Position numbers and translations under genes: made by a program
Shown here: in pieces, positions 55,883 through 64,000 of the stretch
How positions within the stretch are numbered: the stretch's first letter is position 1
Layout: the number at the start of each line of letters is the position of its first letter
The notes under the pieces: generated by a model
Told to the model about the DNA's origin: nothing
What the model saw: the letters and a program-made list of their open reading frames with translations, nothing else
Database searches by the model: none
Source of the DNA: Dehalococcoidia bacterium
GTDB lineage: Bacteria; Chloroflexota; Dehalococcoidia; DSTF01; JALHUB01
DNA: 64,000 nt
Assembly: GCA_030018455.1 (NCBI GenBank)
Contig: JASEFU010000001.1
Span: 61,545 to 125,544, forward strand
Reading direction: 5' to 3'

Positions 55883-56917
55883 ATGACCGCCGATCTCAGC
55901 GATATCGAAGCCCAGGCGAGACGCGATCTCGCCGCCGCCCAGGACGCGGAGGCGCTCGACGCCTGGCGCGTCGCCTACCTCGGGCGCAAGGGGCGCCTCA
56001 CGCAGGTACTGCGCAGCCTCGGCACGCTCCCCCTCGAAGAACGGCGTGCCCTGGGAGCGGCCGCCAACCGTCTGAAGGAGGCGCTGGAGCGGGCGCTCGC
56101 GGCGAAAGAAGAAGAGATTGAGGCCCGGAAGCTCGCCGTGATCGAGAAGGGCAGGATCGACGTCACGCTGCCCGGACGCCCCAAACCCGTGGGCCGCCTT
56201 CATCCCGTAACCCGCACCCTGCGCGACGTCCTCGAAGCCTTCGTCTCGATGGGGTTCTCCATCGTCGAAGGACCTGAGATCGAGCTCGATTACTACAACT
56301 TCGAGGCGCTCCGCATCCCCAAGGACCATCCGGCGCGGGACACCATGGACACCCTCTATGTCGATATCCGCCGTGATGGCGAATACGAGATCGTCATGAG
56401 GACTCACACCTCGCCTAACCAGGTGCGGGTGATGGAGAAAACGCAACCTCCCATCCGCATCGTCTCACCCGGGCGCTGTTACCGGCACGAGGCGACAGAC
56501 CCCACGCACGAGTGGATGCAGACGCAGATCGAGGTCCTTGCCGTCGACGAGGGGATAAGCATGGGCGACCTCAAGGGCACCCTGTTCGAGTTCGCCAAGC
56601 GCATCTTCGGGCAGGAGCGCCGCGTCCGCTTCCGCTGCGACTACTTTCCGTTCGTCGAGCCGGGCGCGGACATGGCGATAGATTGCGTCATCTGCGGCGG
56701 CGAGGGATGCCGCACCTGCGGCTACGAAGGCTGGATCGAGATTATGGGGGCGGGCATGGTCCACCCCGAGATCCTCGCCAACATGGGCTACGACACGGAA
56801 CGCTATACCGGTTTCGCCGCCGGCATGGGCATCGAGCGCATCGCTATGCTGCGCTACGGCATCGAAGACATACGTCTCTTCTACGCCAACGACCTGCGCT
56901 TTCTGAAGCAGTTCTGA
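55883..56917 (+). CDS. pheS: phenylalanine--tRNA ligase alpha subunit
   Basis: Class II aaRS motifs (…FRCDYFPFVEPGADMAIDC…, …GAGMVHPEILANMGYD…, …GFAAGMGIERIAMLRYGI…). Start at the internal ATG 55883 (MTADLSDIEAQ…). Confidence 0.95.
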   Translation: MTADLSDIEAQARRDLAAAQDAEALDAWRVAYLGRKGRLTQVLRSLGTLPLEERRALGAAANRLKEALERALAAKEEEIEARKLAVIEKGRIDVTLPGRPKPVGRLHPVTRTLRDVLEAFVSMGFSIVEGPEIELDYYNFEALRIPKDHPARDTMDTLYVDIRRDGEYEIVMRTHTSPNQVRVMEKTQPPIRIVSPGRCYRHEATDPTHEWMQTQIEVLAVDEGISMGDLKGTLFEFAKRIFGQERRVRFRCDYFPFVEPGADMAIDCVICGGEGCRTCGYEGWIEIMGAGMVHPEILANMGYDTERYTGFAAGMGIERIAMLRYGIEDIRLFYANDLRFLKQF

Positions 56918-56919
56918 CC

Positions 56920-59325
56920 ATGCGAGTCTCGCTACGCTGGCTATCCGACTACGTCGACATCGATCTGCCGGCCGAGGAGATCGCCCGCCGCCTTACGATG
57001 GCCGGCCTCGAGGTAGAGAGCATCGAGCGCCTGGGCGGCGCCTGGGAGGGCATCTCTGTAGGGCTCGTGACCCGCGTCGCGCCGCACCCCAACGCCGACC
57101 GGCTATCACTGACAACCGTCTTCCTCGGCGACAACGAGGAGATGACGGTGATCTGCGGCGCTCCTAACGTGGCTGAGGGGCAAAAGATCGCTTTCGCCCG
57201 CGTGGGCGCGAAGCTGATCGACGGCCATACTGGCGAGCCGACGGTCCTCAAGCCGGCACGCATCCGCGGCGTCGAGTCGGCGGGCATGGTCTGCTCGGAG
57301 AAGGAGCTCGGCATCTCCGACGAGCACACGGGGATTCTTGTCCTGCCGCCGGAGGCGCCCGTCGGCGCGCCCCTCCAGCAGTACATGGGCGATACCATCC
57401 TCGACGTCGCCGTCACTCCCAACCGCGGCGACTGCCTATCGATGATCGGCATCGCCCGGGAGGTGGCCGCCCTCACCGGCAAGCAGGTGCGCGAGCCCGA
57501 CACCGGCTATTCGGAGGAGGCCGCACCCATCGGCGGGCGGGTTGCCGTCGAGATCGCCGACCCCGACCTCTGCTCCCGCTATGTTGCCACCCTCATCGAA
57601 GGCATCGAGATACGGCCGTCACCGCCATGGATGCAGCAACGGCTTGTCGCCGCGGGCATGCGGCCCATCAACAACATCGTCGACGTCACGAACTACGTCA
57701 TGCTGGAGCTGGGGCAGCCGCTCCACGCGTTTGACTTTGAGCAGATCGCTCAGTCACAGATCATCGTCCGCCGCGCCCGCGACCGCGAGCCTCTCGTGAC
57801 GCTGGACGGTGTCGACCACCGGCTCGACCCCGACATGCTGGTCATCGCTGACCCGGAGCGCGCGGTAGCGCTCGCGGGTGTAATGGGCGGCACCAACAGC
57901 GAAGTCAGCGAGGGGACGACGAAGGTCCTCCTCGAATCGGCGAACTTCAACCCCGCGAGCATCAGGCGCACGTCCATTCGCCTGCGGGCCCGCAGCGAGG
58001 CGTCGAGCCGGTTCGAGAAGGGCCTGAGCCCCGAGCTATCGATTATTGCCGCCCGACGGGCAACCAAGCTGATGCTGGAGGTTGCCGGCGGCAAAGCGGC
58101 GGCGGGCGTCGCGGACACGTACCCGCGCAGGGCCGGGAAGGTCGTCATTCAACTGCCGCGCCGGCGGCTCGCCACTGTGCTGGGGCTCGACCTGCCGCCC
58201 GAGACCGTTTGCTCAGCGCTGCGCGGCCTCGGCTTCGGCTGCGACGCGTCGGAGGCAGAGCGATACGTCGTAGACGTGCCCTACTGGCGGACAGACGTCC
58301 GCATCGCCGACGATGTGGCGGAAGAGGTGGCGCGCATGATCGGCTACGAGGAGTTGCCCACCACGAACCTGAGCGGAGGGATACCACCCGCGATCCCGCA
58401 GCCTCTGCGCGACCTTCGCGAGCAGGCGCGCGACCTGCTGGTGGCCGCGGGCATGCAGGAGGTCATCACCTACCCGCTCACAACGCTCGAGGCGCTGCAA
58501 AAGGTGGTGGCGCCCGACGTCATCGCCGGGCAGCCGCCGCTGCGTATCGCCAACCCAATGAGCAGCGAGCAGGAGTACCTCCGCACCACCCTCCGCGCCG
58601 ACCTTCTCCAGACGCTGGCTTCAAACCTTAGATATGAGGAGGGGGAGATCGCGCTCTTCGAGGCGGCGCGCGTCTATCTGCCGCGGGGCGCCGATCTGCC
58701 GGACGAGCAGGAGCACGTCACCGGCGTCGTCGCCGGCCGGCGCGAGGACCGATGGGGCCACTCCAGCGACGATCCGGTCGATTTCTACGATGCCAAGGGA
58801 TACGTGGAACAGCTACTGCGCGGACTGGGCATCGACGCCGCTTACGAGGAAGCCCCCGTGTTCGCGATGGCGCCCGGCCGCTCGGCAGAGGTTCGCGTCG
58901 AGGGTGAAGTCATCGGCGTGCTGGGCCAGGTGCACCCGCAGACCGCGGCAGCCTTCGATATCGGGGGCGACGTCTTCCTGTTCGAGATCGTGCTTAACAG
59001 ACTGTCACCGTTCGCGGGCAAGCACCGACGTTATGAGCCCGTCTCGCGCTTCCCGCCCGTCGTGCAGGACATCTCCCTGATCGTCGATGAAGGGTTGCCG
59101 GCCGCCCGCCTTCGCGAGGCTATCGCCCGGGCAGCCCTGGTGCGGCAGGTGCGCCTGTTCGACGTATACACCGGCGAGCAGGTCGGGCCGGGGAAGAAAT
59201 CGCTCGCCTTCTCGATCACGTACCAGTCTTCAGAGCACACGCTCACCGACGAAGAGGTTGCGCGGGCGCAGCGTGGCATCGTGGAGCGGCTGAAGCGGGA
59301 GTTCGGCGCCGAGCTACGTGGCTAG
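56920..59325 (+). CDS. pheT: phenylalanine--tRNA ligase beta subunit
   Basis: MRVSLRWLSDYVDIDL… (tRNA-binding-domain N-terminus), B3/B4, B5 and FDX anticodon-binding regions. 802 aa. ATG 2 nt after the pheS stop. Confidence 0.95.
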   Translation: MRVSLRWLSDYVDIDLPAEEIARRLTMAGLEVESIERLGGAWEGISVGLVTRVAPHPNADRLSLTTVFLGDNEEMTVICGAPNVAEGQKIAFARVGAKLIDGHTGEPTVLKPARIRGVESAGMVCSEKELGISDEHTGILVLPPEAPVGAPLQQYMGDTILDVAVTPNRGDCLSMIGIAREVAALTGKQVREPDTGYSEEAAPIGGRVAVEIADPDLCSRYVATLIEGIEIRPSPPWMQQRLVAAGMRPINNIVDVTNYVMLELGQPLHAFDFEQIAQSQIIVRRARDREPLVTLDGVDHRLDPDMLVIADPERAVALAGVMGGTNSEVSEGTTKVLLESANFNPASIRRTSIRLRARSEASSRFEKGLSPELSIIAARRATKLMLEVAGGKAAAGVADTYPRRAGKVVIQLPRRRLATVLGLDLPPETVCSALRGLGFGCDASEAERYVVDVPYWRTDVRIADDVAEEVARMIGYEELPTTNLSGGIPPAIPQPLRDLREQARDLLVAAGMQEVITYPLTTLEALQKVVAPDVIAGQPPLRIANPMSSEQEYLRTTLRADLLQTLASNLRYEEGEIALFEAARVYLPRGADLPDEQEHVTGVVAGRREDRWGHSSDDPVDFYDAKGYVEQLLRGLGIDAAYEEAPVFAMAPGRSAEVRVEGEVIGVLGQVHPQTAAAFDIGGDVFLFEIVLNRLSPFAGKHRRYEPVSRFPPVVQDISLIVDEGLPAARLREAIARAALVRQVRLFDVYTGEQVGPGKKSLAFSITYQSSEHTLTDEEVARAQRGIVERLKREFGAELRG

Positions 59326-59874
59326 GGCGGCTAGGACTTTCCACTCCTGCTCCAGGATGGCGTAGAGATAGCTGTCGCGCCATCTCCCCTTTTGAAGCCT
59401 GTCCTCGCGAAGATGACCCTCGCGCCGCATCCCCAGCTTCTCCAGCACCTGCCAGGACGCAACGTTTTCGACATCACAGGTGGCGAAGATGCGGTGCAAG
59501 TCGAGTCCCCTGAAGCCGAAAGCCAGAAGCCGGTAGGCGGCCTCGGTAGCATACCCGCGGCCCCAGAAGTCGCGCGCCACCGCGTACCCTATCTCCCCCT
59601 GGCTATCGGGCAGGACTTGGATCCCGCAGCCGCCGATGAGCACGCCGTCGGGCTTGAGAACAATCGCGAGGTCGTAGCGTTTGCGCGGCTCCCGGCCCCT
59701 TGCCGCTATGGCCTGGCGCAAGAACCTCCGCGTGTCCCTCCGGTGGTTCGGACCCCAGGGCACGAGACGGGCTACCTCCGGGTCAGACCCGTAGCGATGG
59801 ACGGCGGCGAAATCGGACTCTTCGAAGTCGCGCAGGACGAGGCGGGGTGTCGGCAGCGACAGTAAGGCGCCCAT
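59314..59874 (-). CDS. GNAT-family N-acetyltransferase (RimJ/RimL-like)
   Basis: …FAAVHRYGSDPEVARLVPW…, …IGYAVARDFWGRGYATEAAYRLLAFGF… (motif A/B of Rim-type GNATs). 186 aa. Follows rplT on the same strand. Confidence 0.75.
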   Translation of the reverse strand: MGALLSLPTPRLVLRDFEESDFAAVHRYGSDPEVARLVPWGPNHRRDTRRFLRQAIAARGREPRKRYDLAIVLKPDGVLIGGCGIQVLPDSQGEIGYAVARDFWGRGYATEAAYRLLAFGFRGLDLHRIFATCDVENVASWQVLEKLGMRREGHLREDRLQKGRWRDSYLYAILEQEWKVLAALAT

Positions 59875-59899
59875 GACCTTATAGCGAGAATCCGGTCGA

Positions 59900-60259
59900 T
59901 TACGCGCTGAGAGCGCCCCTGGCGGTCTTGACGAGGGCGGCGAAGGCGGCGGAATCGCGGACGGCGAGGTCGGCGAGCATCTTACGGTCGACCTCGACGC
60001 CGGCCTTGCTGAGCCCCTCGATGAAGCGGCCGTATGTCATGCCTTCGGCGCGGGCGGCGGCGTTTATTCGCTGGATCCATAGCCGGCGGAACTGACCCTT
60101 GCGGTCGCGCCGGTCGCGGTAAGCGTAGTCGAGCGCGTGGAGGACCGATTCATTGGCGCGGCGGAAGAGGCGATGCCGCTGGCCGCGGTGGCCCTTCGCC
60201 ATGCCGATTATTTTCTTGTGGCGTCTTCGGGCGGTCACGCCGCGCTTCACACGAGTCAA
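59900..60259 (-). CDS. rplT: 50S ribosomal protein L20
   Basis: [39 protein letters not shown]… 119 aa. Confidence 0.95.
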   Translation of the reverse strand: MTRVKRGVTARRRHKKIIGMAKGHRGQRHRLFRRANESVLHALDYAYRDRRDRKGQFRRLWIQRINAAARAEGMTYGRFIEGLSKAGVEVDRKMLADLAVRDSAAFAALVKTARGALSA

Positions 60260-60278
60260 CGCACTCCTCCCACAGACT

Positions 60279-60482
60279 CTAGCGTGTTCCGTACGGAAGC
60301 AGCCGTCGCAGACGTTTGACTGCTGAGCGATGCACCGGCAGCATCTCGCTCATCTCCCCGCTGGCGCGCGTCGCCTTGCGGCGTCGGAGGTGGCTTATGT
60401 TGCCCTTGCGGCGCATTATTTTGCCGCTGCCCGTCATGTGGAAGCGGCGCTTGGCCCCCTTGTGCGTCTTGAGCTTCGGCAA
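60279..60482 (-). CDS. rpmI: 50S ribosomal protein L35
   Basis: [39 protein letters not shown]… 67 aa. Confidence 0.95.
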   Translation of the reverse strand: MPKLKTHKGAKRRFHMTGSGKIMRRKGNISHLRRRKATRASGEMSEMLPVHRSAVKRLRRLLPYGTR

Positions 60483-61043
60483 CTACTGCTCCCCGGCCGT
60501 CTCCCCCGGCGTTGTTTCTCTCGGCGCCTTGGCCTTGATCGCCGGCGTGAGCACCATCGACATGAACCGCCCCTCGAGCGACGGCGCCTTCTCGATGGTG
60601 GCTATCTCTTTGACCTTGTCGTATATCTGCTCCAGCAGGTTCCTCCCGAGCTCGGAGTACGTCACCTCACGACCCCGGAACATCACCGATACCTTGACCT
60701 TGTCGCCTTCGCGCAGGAGCTTCTCAGTCGTCCGCGCCTTCAGCTCCATGTCATGCGAGGAGATCTTGGGGCGAAAACGCACCTGGCGTGTCTCGACCTG
60801 CCTCTGGTGCTTGCGCGCCTCTCGCTCCCTTCGCGCCTGCTCATACTTAAACTTGCCGTAGTCAAGTATGCGGCACACAGGAGGCTGGGCGTTAGGGGCG
60901 ACCTCCACAAGGTCCGCGTCCTGTTCACGCGCTATTTGGAGGGCGCGCGACGCAGGCATAACACCTAGACGCTCGCCGTTCGCTCCGATCAGCAGGACTT
61001 CCGGGGCCCTGATTGCCTGGTTGACGCGGAGTTCGCGAACTAT
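60483..61043 (-). CDS. infC: translation initiation factor IF-3, probable non-canonical AUA start
   Basis: …VRELRVNQAIRAPEVLLIGANGERLGVMPASRALQIAREQDADLVEVAPNAQPPVCRILDYGKFKYE… GAGGGTAAGGG SD sits 2 nt before the ATA codon at 61043. infC classically initiates at AUU/AUA. The six-frame ORF's ATG is far upstream in the non-conserved region. Confidence 0.8.
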   Translation of the reverse strand: MVRELRVNQAIRAPEVLLIGANGERLGVMPASRALQIAREQDADLVEVAPNAQPPVCRILDYGKFKYEQARREREARKHQRQVETRQVRFRPKISSHDMELKARTTEKLLREGDKVKVSVMFRGREVTYSELGRNLLEQIYDKVKEIATIEKAPSLEGRFMSMVLTPAIKAKAPRETTPGETAGEQ

Positions 61044-61194
61044 GCCCTTACCCTCAAGGAAGTCGTTTTCAGAGCAATACCCCTCGCTGCGAGTGTCACT
61101 GTAGCATAGGAAAGACGCGTAGTCAATGGGCTGCCTCACCGCCCGTCCGATTCCGGGCGGAGCGTCCCTCGCCGCGCTACCGACCACCGCCGGC

Positions 61195-61206
61195 GTCGGC
61201 TATAAT
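61195..61206 (+). promoter_or_regulatory. -10-like element (gGCTATAATtgg) upstream of the O-methyltransferase gene
   Basis: TATAAT hexamer 11-40 nt upstream of the candidate starts (61217/61247). It lies in the infC/methyltransferase divergent intergenic region, which also must house the infC operon promoter/leader. Confidence 0.3.
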
Positions 61207-61216
61207 TGGCTTTTCG

Positions 61217-62254
61217 ATGCGACCAGCCACACGGAGGCAACCCATCATGACCGCACCCGAACGTCCGACACCCCGCAACCCGATAACGCGCGCTCTCATG
61301 GGCTGGCAGCCCGCCCGTGTCCTCATGACCGCAAACCGACTCGACGTCTTCAACGTACTCGGCGAAGACGCGTGCACGGCGCCGGAGATCGCGCGCCGCT
61401 GCGCCTGCCATCCCCGCTCGATGACGTTGCTCCTCAACGCCTGCGTCGCGCTCGGCCTTCTTCACAAGGAAGGCGGCCGCTACCGCAACACCCCCGAGGG
61501 GCTCGAGTTGCTGATTAGGGGAAAGCCGGCGTATATCGGGGATGGCATCAATCACGCCGACGGGCTTTGGTTCCGTTGGGCCCATCTGACGGAATCGGTG
61601 CGGACGAACCGCGCCGCATCGACACCCTCCGCTCCCGTCGACCCGGCGACCGGCTACCGCGACTTCATTCTCGCCATGCACAACCGTGCGATGCGCAATG
61701 CAGGCATCCTCGCCGACAGCTTCGACCTGCGCGGCCGGCGCCGGCTCTTCGATGCCGGAGGCGGCCCCGGCACCTACTCCATCTTCCTCCTGCGCGCAAA
61801 CCCTGACCTACACGCCATCCTCTTCGACCTTCCGCCCGCTGTCGAAATCGCCCGCGAGATAGTCGCCGCGTCCGGCGTCGCCGACCGTGTTGAATTCCGC
61901 GCCGGCAACTACTTCAAAGACGACTTCGGCACGGGGAACGACGTGGTGCTGCTTTCAGCGATCGTTCACTCGATGTCGCCGAGGCGGGCGAAAGTGCTGC
62001 TGCGCAAAGCGCACGATTCCCTCGTTTCCGAGGGAATCGTCGCCGTACACGAATCGCTCATTGACGACAGCAAGGTAGCGCCGGTGGGCGCGGTGCTCTT
62101 CTCGCTCAACATGCTCGTCAACACCGGCGAAGGGCGCTCGTACAGCGGCAGCGAGGTCGCCTCCTGGATGCGCGAGACCGGCTTCGTTGCGCCGCGGGTT
62201 CAGCACCTTCCTCCCGCCGCCGGCACCTCCCTGGTCATCGGCAGGAAGCCTTGA
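61217..62254 (+). CDS. class I SAM-dependent O-methyltransferase (COMT/ASMT-like, with N-terminal dimerisation wHTH)
   Basis: …LFDAGGGPGTYSIFLL… (SAM motif I VLDVGGGxG-type), …DVVLLSAIVHSM… Overall length 345 aa. The internal ATG at 61247 (MTAPERP) is an alternative start. Confidence 0.75.
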   Translation: MRPATRRQPIMTAPERPTPRNPITRALMGWQPARVLMTANRLDVFNVLGEDACTAPEIARRCACHPRSMTLLLNACVALGLLHKEGGRYRNTPEGLELLIRGKPAYIGDGINHADGLWFRWAHLTESVRTNRAASTPSAPVDPATGYRDFILAMHNRAMRNAGILADSFDLRGRRRLFDAGGGPGTYSIFLLRANPDLHAILFDLPPAVEIAREIVAASGVADRVEFRAGNYFKDDFGTGNDVVLLSAIVHSMSPRRAKVLLRKAHDSLVSEGIVAVHESLIDDSKVAPVGAVLFSLNMLVNTGEGRSYSGSEVASWMRETGFVAPRVQHLPPAAGTSLVIGRKP

Positions 62255-62597
62255 AACGCGGCCACTCCGCTCGTCTGCATCCCTGTCCTCCGTCCAGCGT
62301 GGCGCCGCCGAGTCGCTCACCCGTCGAGGAAGCGCAACCGGCACGGTATTCCTGCAAGTAGGTTTCGCAGCAGCCCAGCCTGAAGGCCGCGGCATATGTA
62401 GATGGGTCCGCGCCCTTGCGCTCAGGCGGGTCGGTACTGTTGCAGGGAGGCTTGTCACCCCCGCCGAGGTGTTCCGTCCCTCCTACAGCCTTCAATCGGG
62501 ATAAGAAACCCCTCTTCCTCTGAAGATCGCTCCCGGTTCGAGCAATGCCCTCTTTTTTTGCTAAGATATGTGTAGAAAACCTGTGAGGAGCTGACAG

Positions 62598-62972
62598 GTG
62601 CACGAACTGACGCTCGCGAAGCAGATCGCCGACACGGTGCTCGCGCATGCGGCCGAGCGCAGCGCGAAAAGAGTGCTTGCGGTGGAAGTTGAGCTCGGAG
62701 ACCTCGCTTTCCTCGACAAGGAGAACATGGAGATGTGGATCGGCGCGTCCCTGCGCGACAGCAGCGGCAGCGAGCCCGCGGTCAGAGTAACCACCCTCCA
62801 GTCGCTGCTGCGCTGCCACGCGTGCGGATTCGAGGGCCCGCCCGTCCTGCCCGAGTCCCACGATCACCACCTGCCGCTGCCGTCTCTCCAGTGCCCCCGG
62901 TGCGGCTCCAGCGATTTCGAGCTGGACGAGCAGAAGGGCTGCCTCCTCAAAAGAATCGAGATCGAAGTCTGA
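62598..62972 (+). CDS. hypA: hydrogenase nickel-incorporation / maturation factor HypA
   Basis: GTG start. MHELTLAKQIADTVLAHA… (MHE-Ni site), zinc knuckle CHACG…CPRCGS. 124 aa. Confidence 0.85.
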   Translation: MHELTLAKQIADTVLAHAAERSAKRVLAVEVELGDLAFLDKENMEMWIGASLRDSSGSEPAVRVTTLQSLLRCHACGFEGPPVLPESHDHHLPLPSLQCPRCGSSDFELDEQKGCLLKRIEIEV

Positions 62973-64000
62973 TGCAGCGCCTCAAGATCACAATCCGCGG
63001 CGCCGTGCAGGGCGTCGGCTTCCGCCCGTTCGTCTACCGCCTGGCGACTGAGATGTCGCTGACCGGCTGGGTAAAGAACAGCCCCCAGGGCGTCTTCATC
63101 GAGGTCGAGGGGCCGAAGGAATCGCTGGACACATTCCTGCTGCGCCTCGAACGCGAGAAACCGCGCCTGTCGTTCATCCAGAGCCTCGAATACTCCCTCC
63201 TCGAGCCCGCGGGCTACGCCGGCTTCGAGATCCGGCACAGCGAGGCCGCCGGCGAGCGCCTGACCGTCGTCTTGCCCGACATCGCCACGTGCCCAGATTG
63301 CCGGCGCGAGCTCTTCGACCCCGCGGACCGGCGCTATCGTTACCCGTTCATTAACTGCACCCTTTGCGGCCCCCGTTTCAGCATCATCCGCTCGCTTCCA
63401 TACGACCGCGCCAACACGACGATGAGCTCGTTCGTGATGTGCCCCGATTGCCGCCGCGAGTACGGCGACCCACCCGACCGCCGCTTTCACGCCCAGCCCG
63501 ATGCCTGCGGCGTATGCGGCCCCCACATATCGTTATGGGACGGACGCGGCGAGACGATCGCCGAGCGCGACGACGCGCTGCTGGAGGCTGCGAACGCGCT
63601 GCGAAGGGGCGATACGCTCGCCCTCAAGGGGATCGGCGGCTTCCAGCTCCTCGTCGACGCCCGGAACGAGGCGGCCGTCTTCCGCCTGCGCGAGAACAAG
63701 CGTCGCGAGGAGAAGCCCCTCGCCCTCATGTTCCCCGACATCGAGACGTTGCGGCGTTATGTCTACCTCGACCCTCTCGAGGAACGCCTCGTGCAGTCGA
63801 CCGAGAGCCCCATCGTCCTGCTCCGGCGCCGGTCTCATACCGACATCGCCCCTGCCGTCGCCCCCGACAACCCTTATATCGGCGCCATGCTGCCCTACAC
63901 ACCCCTCCACCACCTGCTGATGCGCGAACTCGGCTTCCCGGTCGTCGCTACCAGCGGGAACCTGCACGACGAGCCGATCATCACCGAAGAGGCGGAGGCC
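62972..64000 (+). CDS. hypF: [NiFe]-hydrogenase maturation carbamoyltransferase HypF (N-terminal ~340 aa; truncated by window end)
   Basis: ATG overlaps the hypA stop (ATGA). Acylphosphatase domain (…ITIRGAVQGVGFRPFVYRLA…GWVKNSPQGVFIEVEG…), two Zn-finger CxxC…CxxC pairs (CPDCRRE…CTLCGPRFS, CPDCRREY…CGVCGP), start of YrdC domain (…ALKGIGGFQL…). Confidence 0.85.
   Translation, partial: MQRLKITIRGAVQGVGFRPFVYRLATEMSLTGWVKNSPQGVFIEVEGPKESLDTFLLRLEREKPRLSFIQSLEYSLLEPAGYAGFEIRHSEAAGERLTVVLPDIATCPDCRRELFDPADRRYRYPFINCTLCGPRFSIIRSLPYDRANTTMSSFVMCPDCRREYGDPPDRRFHAQPDACGVCGPHISLWDGRGETIAERDDALLEAANALRRGDTLALKGIGGFQLLVDARNEAAVFRLRENKRREEKPLALMFPDIETLRRYVYLDPLEERLVQSTESPIVLLRRRSHTDIAPAVAPDNPYIGAMLPYTPLHHLLMRELGFPVVATSGNLHDEPIITEEAEA

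Overview
This is a GC-rich (about two-thirds G+C by eye), gene-dense bacterial chromosomal segment with no obvious mobile elements or CRISPR arrays. Almost all of the window is housekeeping genes.

Genes recognised:
- Pantothenate, repair and replication: panB (partial)/panD, fpg, polA.
- Translation, amino-acid metabolism and cell envelope: ltaE, gltX, rluD, lspA.
- Chromosome maintenance and tRNA maturation: the rnc-smc pair, cca, dinG.
- rRNA/isoprenoid block: a yabE-like gene, ksgA, ispE.
- Translation: galU, lepA, pheST, and the infC-rpmI-rplT operon.
- Hydrogenase maturation: hypA and a window-truncated hypF at the 3' end.

Five tRNA genes are present, all on the minus strand: Glu-CUC, Gln-CUG, Glu-UUC, Leu-UAG and Lys-CUU. 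A Bacillus-type long SRP RNA (Alu domain present) was found, with a near-consensus promoter.

Several gene orders match Firmicutes synteny despite the high GC content: lspA-rluD, rnc-smc, yabE-ksgA-ispE, infC-rpmI-rplT next to pheST, and a DinG with an N-terminal exonuclease domain.

The clearest less ordinary stretches are:
- a tightly packed plus-strand operon of galU, a 458-aa uncharacterised protein, a FabI-like reductase and a Dph6-like PP-loop ATPase (39.7-43.5 kb);
- a LivJ-like lipoprotein whose stop overlaps the start of an MMPL (RND-superfamily) transporter, flanked by a glutaminyl cyclase and an MFS transporter (43.5-49.3 kb);
- a hemerythrin / GNAT / thrombospondin-type-3-repeat plus dockerin protein cluster, where the last protein has no signal peptide (51.3-53.3 kb);
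- an orphan oppDF ATPase pair directly downstream of tRNA-Lys/tRNA-Leu;
- a probable T-box-type attenuator leader upstream of pheS.

Many six-frame ORFs are antisense artefacts of the GC-rich coding sequence and were not called.
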